64,000 nt of DNA, taken from Dehalococcoidia bacterium. Its GTDB lineage: Bacteria > Chloroflexota > Dehalococcoidia > UBA6926. The notes beneath the pieces were generated by a model. It was not told the DNA's origin. It worked only from the letters and a program-made list of their open reading frames with translations, and did no database searches. A program made the position numbers and the translations under genes. The DNA is taken from positions 904,474 to 968,473 of the forward strand of contig OZ242203.1 of NCBI GenBank assembly GCA_965206275.1, given 5' to 3'. Numbering within the stretch: the first letter of the stretch is position 1; the number at the start of each line of letters is the position of its first letter. Of the stretch, positions 62,501 to 64,000 are shown piece after piece.

Positions 62501-64000
62501 TAGGTGGCCGAGTCGCCCTCCGTGACCCGTTCATCGCCGGAAATGCTCACGGTTACAGCGTCGTTTTCCGCGATGTCAGCGTTGGCCGTTCCCTTGCCGG
62601 ACTCTATAGACACCTGTGAGGCGGTCTTGCCGGTGATAGCGCCGAGGGCCACGGAGAATCGCTCCGTTGCCTCGGGAACGAGGTCATCCGTGATCGGGAT
62701 GGTGATGGTCTGGGTGGCGTTGTCGGGCGATCCGGCGGGGAAGGTGACGGTGCCGGACGAACCGACGAAATCGCCTGTCGATGCCGTGCCATTCGACGCG
62801 CTCCAGGCCACGGTGAGGGCCCTGGTTATTCCCCGGCTGAGCGAAACCGTGAACTCGGCGTCCTCGCCCTCCTCCACCTCTCCGGGCGGGCCGGTGATGG
62901 AAAGGACGGCGTGGTCATCGTCCTCCAGGGTGAGGATGACCGGTTCCACCCAATCCGTCGGGGTTGTCGTCACCAGATTGATGACCCAAGTCGGGTAGAT
63001 CTCTATCTCCTCGTCGCCTTCGACCAGGAAGTCCTCGATGCCGGTGAAATCGAACGTGACGGATGCGCCCTTCTGGCCGGCCGGAATTGTCAGCGCCTGT
63101 GAGTTGGTGTTGACCGTGTAGTCGCTGTTCTCACGCGCGTCATGGTCTATGTCAACCCTGATCTGTGGAATGGTGGTTGCGGAACTCCTGACCGGGCCGG
63201 TCAGCGTGCCGGTGACGGTCACGCGGCCTCCGCTGGTAGGCGTCGAGGACTCGGTGATGCTGTCGGGCGACAGGCTGAGCACGATGTCGGAAATTTGCTC
63301 CAGTGTCACGGTATAGGTGGGCGACTCAGACCCGGCGCGGTCCAGCACTTTAAAGGTGAAGGACCCACCGATGTCGACGCGGAAACCGTTGGGCTGCGGA
63401 ACGTATTTGAGCTTGCCCAGATCGTCAACGGGAACCTCCTGGCCCGCCGTGGCTGCTGTGCCATCGAAACGCAATACACCCGTTGTCTTGCCGTATATGT
63501 CAGTGTGGCCGGGCAGCGTGACGATCTTGACCTTGCTGATCGCATCGCCCGCGTCCACGTCGGTGAACGGGAAGTCGCTCGCGCTGAACGTCGCGCCGGT
63601 CTGGCGGGAGACCTTCTTGGTGAAATTCGCCGAGGTGGGAGCGGTGTTGGCCAACGTGGTCGCGGTCTGGGTGGTTGGCGGCCCCGGCTGTCTGTCCTCA
63701 TTGAGGGCCAGGACCCTGACGGTGTAGGTGGTGCTGGGAGTCAGGCCGGTCAGCGTTGTGGTGGTCCCGGATGTGATGGCTGCTGCAATGACGGCTGGCT
63801 CAGAATCCGCCTCGTAGCCCACCACGTACCGCTCGATGGGCGAGGAGCCGGTGGTGTCAGGGGGAGTTACGGTCACCAGCATCGTGGTGGCCGTAATCTC
63901 CGAGAGGGAGAAGGTCACGCTTGGCGCAGCGCCTTCCAGGACATTGGTGACTGTGATGTTGACGGTTACGGAATCGTCCACGGTTGTGTCAGCGGTTCCG
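41503..64000 (-). CDS. giant surface protein (>7,490 aa within the window; N-terminus outside the window). It has FN3-like and >25 Calx-beta-like domains, a PT/PEPT linker and a C-terminal TM anchor.
   Basis: Single uninterrupted minus-strand ORF to the window edge. Recurrent Calx-beta motifs (DDxxSEgtEtFTVTLs, VAWSA...TATAGSDY). C-terminus ...PEPTPAPTPE(n)...LPWWLLLLLAVLIAIAIRVIRKRRNRHY then a short tail. Confidence 0.9.
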   Translation of the reverse strand, partial: GTADTTVDDSVTVNITVTNVLEGAAPSVTFSLSEITATTMLVTVTPPDTTGSSPIERYVVGYEADSEPAVIAAAITSGTTTTLTGLTPSTTYTVRVLALNEDRQPGPPTTQTATTLANTAPTSANFTKKVSRQTGATFSASDFPFTDVDAGDAISKVKIVTLPGHTDIYGKTTGVLRFDGTAATAGQEVPVDDLGKLKYVPQPNGFRVDIGGSFTFKVLDRAGSESPTYTVTLEQISDIVLSLSPDSITESSTPTSGGRVTVTGTLTGPVRSSATTIPQIRVDIDHDARENSDYTVNTNSQALTIPAGQKGASVTFDFTGIEDFLVEGDEEIEIYPTWVINLVTTTPTDWVEPVILTLEDDDHAVLSITGPPGEVEEGEDAEFTVSLSRGITRALTVAWSASNGTASTGDFVGSSGTVTFPAGSPDNATQTITIPITDDLVPEATERFSVALGAITGKTASQVSIESGKGTANADIAENDAVTVSISGDERVTEGDSATYTFTLDSATSTEAITVDYTTTDRTAVAGTDYTAATGTVTIAAGDTSATVTVATTENTDDAANTYFEFRMSNPQGGGGPTPLMSTTQFVNTTIVDDDGLPSSVVLSVDKTSFGEADAAGTVNVTATLEGGTLAQNATVVVTLGGTATKGSTGDYTATTLGNITITATESSGTGSFTVTPVNDQIVEGDETILLQGASAGLDVTPATITITDDDTATVGIAGPTGVISEGSSAEFTVTLSHAVASQVVVAWSAGSTATVAASADDYSPDSGSVIFPAGSAAGATKTITMAIADDGTEEQQETFTVTLGSVTGDLASKVSVDSTKSSADATIATGQVVTVTLMGPRAFPHVRNTDFAVYQVFLSGPVNADIQVDVTSSDGTATGCDGGVNSCESGQTGDYVNVSDTLTIGPSKDTQHNVNDFGVTWYTVFVYMVSGSTGDTDETFTLSLSNLRGGGTTPVVLGDSSVTTTITSTPLTFSVEGPEFVDEGTNARFVVKRNADLHPAWGARVSYTTSDGTATAGTDYTAVSGTLEMPVTTYPAPATADEYQVRYSDWEILVPITADNVDESNETFSLTLSDPEYYFIGFTQITDAALGTATATTTIRDQAMSVSVSGPETVTEGGNADFTVSLSRAPTANLTVNYQTYDALSPQRSATSGDDYTPQSGTLTFVPGETSKRVRVPVLTDAITEPVEYFRLLLSSPSGGGGLTPTLDTSIATTGIVDAAGPLLGATLTVTPDSIGEGGAATDFTVKVNLDCCATFDEDTTVTVSLGGTATRTDDYTATVANVTIPASTATGSATLSITPVDDSVYEGKETIVVEGSLTGFVVFPDTIDLAENDLAHVTLSFDPEYTQEGSDIQVTLTATRDGTVGNHATDWHGGWSSQTATDNTDYTQGGGGSCRPERNTDYFIRVLPSDVRIAPGESSASTSMTFHICSDDLDDPNETIVWSADVPGATVTDAVLTIGEPETIALSVSPDTITEDAGATEVTVTATMSAARPTDTVVDLTLGGAAANPADYTATTLNSITIPKGQTTAYGTLTITPVNDTMPEGDETITVSGQSGARTVSPTDITITDSAPLARTVSVSGPAIVMERNSATYTISLSPPGSVPQADLTVEYATSDGSNPYRGPAAVAGTDYTAQSGTVTFTPTNAGPKTITVPILADTETDSGEVFTFGISNLQGGGASPPSIGVDKVTTVILDANKDITLTANRYTIGEHEIAARITITAARTGTEGAVTITGDFPPGGTATPGALGDSQDYVIWSRWSITIPDGASSASTRQALGFTMTDDDFEEGDETIIINGKATGGLTVAPVILTIKDNDKHDITLTANRYTIGENEVAARVTLTATRSGTNGEVTITGVLPPEGTAEAGALGNPNDYVTWSGWQITIPDGATSASTRQALGFTMTDDSEVEGDETILLKATAPAGLSVAPVVLTITDNDRDAIELSVNPSSLGEDDSATSVTVTATLTGGARSSETVVTIGALSGTATENSDYTATSLTSITISANATTGTATFTVTPVNDYLPESDESIWVEGTATGLTVARAVLTITEEYTNNIALSVNKSSIAENAGATEVTVTATRQTARDVDTVVKLSLSGTAKIQDDYAASLPVTITIPANATTGTATLTVTPVHDALAESDETIRLYGTAICHTVSTTDITLTNSAPQAPVISFETAPTSVTEGSDATYVIKLEGSRTTNVTVRFKTGGPRDLATAGEDYTAVDQTLTFTPTETTKTVTVSTLADTIFEPTEDFTVTLSNAQGGGGLAPEIVKDGRTTTIADSFTDDPAYPDSYTLTATPVEVGEGDGATQIRFTATIDDSDKRFLHNAVQIVVFPNSDRGTRVATEDYTISGHYLVLTIDAGEEDASGTLTITPVDDDIVEDDETIVFTSHAGGGLTTSDEPAITLEDNEIPPSITLSVSPSVLREGSSDSATDVRVTATLNSGSTLPGAIEVTVSLEDGTANSEDYAKATAKVTIPAGQMSGSANLKVNVKGDDKSEENETLQVTGTAMPFTVHPAEITILDDDSGRRGITLTVSPNRVREDAGATVLTVTASLHGMDPFTTDAPIGLSLADGTATLASGDYTAATGTLTIPAGEDYGIATFTFTPTNDAVVERDETVLLSAALGRTQVFPATITILNTSHADLSISGPSAPVAEGASATFTVTLSAAISEELSVTWSAVPNTAVAADYSPAGGSVTFPAGSSAGATQTFTVTMTDDNLSETLENFTLELGTVTSSLSAFVAPKSGSFIADAYIAENDPITVTISGPSTVAEGDATTVYTVSLSGGTPTADLTVDYSTSDGTAAEGDDYEAASGTLTFTPTDAGAKTFTVQTTEDTIDESDETFTVTLDSPTGGGGPAPSLGTAKSVTTTITDDDSLSGITLSADPDTVEEDGAATSVTVTATLNGGTRTEATVVTIGTLKGSATKGTDYTATVLASITIPANSMSGSGTLTITPSDDKMVEGNETIIIPGTTTVTGLTVSSATITLKDHNGTTTDDPNDEDKADLRITGPTENVTEGGNAVFTVALDAAVASQVQVAWSAPLATDAAEGADLGSTSGTVTFAANSPADSTQTITIAVTDDMLSEGAESFTVTLGTITTTLPSTQVTLKTDDSTATATIAASDPITISITGPTSVDEGDATGNYTVSLSPSGVTPTADLTVNYAASGGTATSGTDYTAKTGTLTFTNAAAGSQTFTVQTTVDTIDEGTGETFTVTISGPSGGGGPTPSLGTSKTVTTTITDDDDAPTGITLSVDPATLGEDDGETEITVTATLDGGTTRTSATVVTIGTLAGTATKDTDYTATSLASITISANSTNGTGTFTITPTDDTVVEGDETITIPGTTTVSLDVSDATVTLTDDNKTTTPTDDKDTAEISISGPASNVSEGSNATFTVTLSAAVSKEVQVAWSAPLGTDAAAAADLGTTSGTVTFPANSATESTQTITIMVTDDMLSEGTESFTVTLGTITTTLPATQVTLKTDDSSATATIAASDPITVNITGPSTVDEGDATSDYTVSLSPDGVTPTADLTVSYATANGTATAGSDYTAKSGTLTFTSTAAEAQTFTVQTTVDTIDEGTGETFTVTISNATGGGGTTSLGTSKTVTTTITDDDDAPTGITLSVSPDSLGEDDAATTVTITATLEGGSTRPTSTIVSIGTLSGIATKDTDYTATSLASITIPANSSSGTGTFTITPTDDTVVEGDETITIPGTTTVSGLNVTSATLTLTDDDKSTTTPGDKDTAEISISGPASNISEGSNATFTITLSAAIAKSVTVAWTATGNTDDYSPDSGTVTFAANSAAGATQDVTIAVTDDNLSETAESFTVTLGTITSTLSSQLSLKNSASSAQATIAESDPITISISGPTSVDEGDTTANYTVSLSPSGVTPTADLTVSYTTANGTATVGADYTAKSGTLTFTSTAAGAQTFTVQTTDDSIDEGTGETFTVTISSPSGGGGPAPSFGTAKSVTTTITDDDAAPTGITLSASPNSLGEDDAATSVTITATLNGSTLPSDTVVTISTLTGTTTKDADYTATSLASITIPANSATGTGTIKITPTDDSVVEGDETIIIPGTTTVSGLNVSDATITLTDDDKSTTPGDDKDSAELSITGPTSNVAEGSNATFTVTLSAAIAKSVTVAWTATGNTDDYSPDSGTVTFAANSAAGATQTINITATDDMLSEGAESFTVTLGTITSTLSSHISLKNGASSATATIAASDPITISISGPTSVDEGDATSNYTVSISGGVPSADLTVSYGTSNGTATAGSDYTAKSGTLTFSSTAAGPQTFTVQTKEDSIDEGTGETFTVTISGQSGGGATPTLGTASVTTTITDDDDAPTGITLSANPSTLGEDDNATTITVTATLQGGTTRTSATIVTIGTLTGTATKDTDYTATALASITIPANSTSGTGSITITPTDDAVVEGDETITIPGTTTVTGLSVTSATITLTDDNKTTTTPTDDTDTADLSISGPSSNVSEGGNATFTFTLSAAISKSVTVAWTATGNTDDYSPDSGTVTFAANSAAGATQSITIAVTDDMLSETAESFTVTLGTITSTLSSQISLKSGASSATATIAASDPITINISGPSSADEGDATTAYTVSLSPSGVKPTADLTVSYTTANGTATAGNDYTAKSGTLTFSSTAAGPQTFTVQTTGDTTDESDETFTVTISSPSGGGATPTLGTSSVATTITDDDDAPTGITLSASPSSLGEDDTATEITITATLDGGTTRTSATVVTIGTLAGTATKDTDYTATSLASITIPANSTSGTGTITITPTDDSVVEGDETITIPGSTTTQVGLTVTSATITLTDDDKSTTTPTDDKDTAEISITGPASNISEGSDATFTVTLSAAISKSVTVAWTATGNTDDYSPDSGTVTFAANSAAGATQTITITATDDMLSETAESFTVTLGTITSDLSSQISLKNGASSATATIAASDPITISISGPTSVDEGDATTAYTVSLSPSGVTPTADLTVSYGTSNSTATAGSDYTAKSGTLTFTNTAAGSQTFTVQTTGDTIDEGTGETFTVTISGQSGGGGTTSLGTSSVTTTITDDDDAPTGITLSTSPNSLGEDDAATEITVTATLKGGTTRTSATVVTIGALKGTATKDTDYTATSLTTITIPANSTTGTGSITITPTDDAVVEGNETIIISGTTTVSLDVSAATVTLTDDDKGTTTPGDKDSAELSITGPASNVSEGSDATFTVTLSKAVAAQVQVAWSAPLAADAAEGADLSATSGTVTFAANSAAGATQSITITVTDDMLSETAESFTVTLGTITSSLASQLSLKSGASSATATIAASDPITISITGPTSVDEGDATTAYTVSLSPAGVKPTADLTVSYNTSNGTATAGSDYTAKTGTLTFTNTAAGPQTFTIQTTEDTIDEGTGETFTVTISSPSGGGGPAPSLGTSKSVTTTITDDDDAPTGITLTANPNSLGEDDSATSITVTATLNGDTTRTSATVVTIGTLSGTATKDTDYTATTLTSITIPANTASSSQTFTITLTDDAVVEGDETITIPGATTTQVGLTVTSATITLTDDNKTTTTPTDDKDSAEVSISGPTSNVAEGSSASFTVTLSQAVDAEVQVAWSAPLGTDAAEGSDLSATSGTVTFTANSAAGATQSITITATDDMLSETAETFTVTLGAITSTLSSQISLKNGASSAQATIAASDPITINVSGPSTVDEGDATTAYTVSLSPTGVTPTADLTVSYNTSNGSATAGTDYTAKSGTLTFTNTAAGSQTITVQTTEDTIDEGTGETFTVTISSPSGGGGPAPSLGTSSVSTTITDDDDAPSGITLSASPSSLGEDDSATSITVTATLNGGTTRTSATVVTIGTLSGTATKDTDYTTTSLTSITIPANSTSGTGTITITPRDDSVVEGDETITLPGTTTVSLTVTSATITLTDDNKTTTTPTDDKDSAEVSISGPTSNVAEGSSASFTVTLSQAVDAEVQVAWSAPLSTDTAESADLSATTGTVTFTANSAAGATQSITITVTDDILSETAESFTVTLGTITSTLSSQISLKNGASSATATIAASDPITINISGPSTVDEGDATTAYTVSLSPSGVIPTTNLTVSYATSNGTATAGTDYTAKSGTLTFTNAAAGSQTFTVQTTEDTIDERTGETFTVTISSPSGGGGPAPSLGTSSVSTTITDDDDAPTGITLTANPSTLGEDDSATSITVTATLDGDSTLPTATIVTIGTLAGSATKDTDYTATSLTRITIPANSSTGTGTLTITPTDDAVVEGDETITIPGTTTVSLSVTSATVTLTDDNKTTTTPTDDKDSAEISITGPASNVSEGSNATFTVTLSGAIAKSVTVAWTATGNTDDYSPDSGTVTFAANSAAGATQTINITATDDMLSEGAESFTVTLGTITSDLSSQVSLKSGASSATATIAASDPITISVTGPTEEVTEGDPATYTVSLSPAGVTPTADLTVNYATADGTAVTGSDYTAASGTLTFTQTDAGDKTFTVQTTEDILAENTENFTASISNPTGGGDPTPALGTSPTVTTDIRDNDALLLSPSDPPGNSADIDIQLTVSPVSVNEDNGETTFTVTATHDVETPPNTATTVSLTLGGTADSADYTGPEQASVTIPANQSSGSGTLTLTLIDDDISEGDETIIVGGSSGTLTIASALITINDNDSAYLSITGPSAEVTEGSNATFTVTLSRTVTADVTVAWSIAADTAVAADLGATSGSVTFDANSAAEATQTITIAVTDDDLSEGSETFSVALGADSGDQADTVWVKSTAASATATIAESDPITINISGPSTVDEGDTTTVYTVSLSPSGVTPTADLTVSYATSNGTATVGTDYTAKSSTLTFTNAAPGAQTFTVETKQDTIDELDETFTVSISNPTGGGGAAPTIGTASVTTTITDDDDPPDVVLSVSPSGIREDDDATEVTVTATLQGSTRSSDTVITIGTLSGTATKDTDYTVTTTLTSITIPANSGSATGTLTITPTNDDVVEGDETITVSGTTTVDLTVNSAEITLTDHSNSERVDGAELSISGPTSPVSEGGDAVFTVTLSRQVAAEVQVAWSATAGTAGTSDYTGASGTVTFSANSAEGSTQTITIPVIDDNLSEGLETFTVTLGTITSTLSSQVFLKSGSSAATATIAGSDPITVNISGPSSVNEGDSATYTVSLSPSGVTPTAALTVSYATSDGTATAGSDYAAASGTLTFTSTAAGSQTFTVSTTEDTVVEGTGETFTVTVSNPQGGGGPAPTIGTASVTTTITDTNDDTPGSPVPPTPPPPPSDPTPEPTPEPTPEPPSDPTPEPTPAPTPEPTPAPTPEPTPEPTPEPTPVPTPEPTPAPTPEPPSDPTPEPTPAPTPEPTPAPTPESTSTPEPEDTSTPEPEDTPTPEPITTLVPGAWPGYESRTGAGYERQTESGSPGMGPGRDSGMTSGVAPTATPPVPELAGGFPQSMSGSTGVSDSGSAASPASMALPLSWLTPLPWWLLLLLAVLIAIAIRVIRKRRNRHYAAGHSLDGRSATYSEERE
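41950..42250. repeat. 24-bp tandem repeat (cggttccggtgtgggcgcgggtgt, about 12 copies) encoding the (PTPEPTPA)n linker of the giant protein
   Basis: Direct tandem copies with minor variants, seen in sequence. Confidence 0.85.
42300..55600. repeat. about 12 near-identical tandem DNA repeats of ~1.08-1.11 kb inside the giant gene (each encodes a ~365-aa three-Calx-beta module)
   Basis: Spurious plus-strand ORFs with near-identical translations recur at 45368, 46469, 47576, 48677, 49766, 50849, 51932, 53012 and 54113 (period ~1.1 kb). The minus-strand protein shows the same periodicity. Confidence 0.85.

Overview
This is a high-GC (about 63%) bacterial chromosomal segment. Several traits suggest a Chloroflexota genome, possibly SAR202-like; this is inference only, not a database result. 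The traits are a Rho factor with a long disordered N-terminal extension, an archaeal-type PEP carboxylase, a two-subunit ADP-forming acyl-CoA synthetase, Pro/Thr-rich linkers in exported proteins, and four family-III (CaiB/BaiF) CoA-transferase domains in three loci.

Gene content on the two strands, 5' to 3':
- pstA(partial)-pstB-pstB-phoU.
- Two convergent CoA-transferases.
- A TlpA-like thioredoxin plus a sortase.
- acdB/acdA-like NDP-forming acyl-CoA synthetase.
- An AlkZ/YcaQ-like DNA glycosylase and meaB.
- A 1,134-aa secreted surface protein with a long structured leader.
- rho, pyrG, an archaeal-type PEPC, and an M42 peptidase broken by one in-frame TAG.
- thrS, separated from infC-rpmI-rplT by a 4.6-kb insertion. 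The insertion carries a lower-GC membrane protein, repeat clusters, vapBC and a fused double CoA-transferase.
- A lipoprotein redoxin with an in-frame TGA at the redox motif (U-G-I-C) and a SECIS-like hairpin, which I read as a candidate selenoprotein.
- A PUA-like+HNH (type IV-like) endonuclease, rhodanese, DUF1801 and a nitroreductase.
- A proV-proW(tandem-fused)-proX betaine transporter.
- A lower-GC islet with a HEPN-motif protein, then arsR and a VOC protein.
- The 3' 22.5 kb of a giant (>7,490 aa, 5' end outside the window) Calx-beta repeat surface protein. It is built from about twelve near-identical ~1.1-kb tandem DNA repeats.

A family of modular palindromic MITE/REP-like repeats recurs at 11 or more intergenic loci and has remodelled at least three ORFs. 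The shared modules are attcccgctttcgcgggaatgacga, ttagattcttcgctacgctcagaatgaca, gttcacccttcgacaggctcagggtgaacggggg and ggcgctgtgcgccgcactgg.

I found no rRNA, tRNA or CRISPR array.
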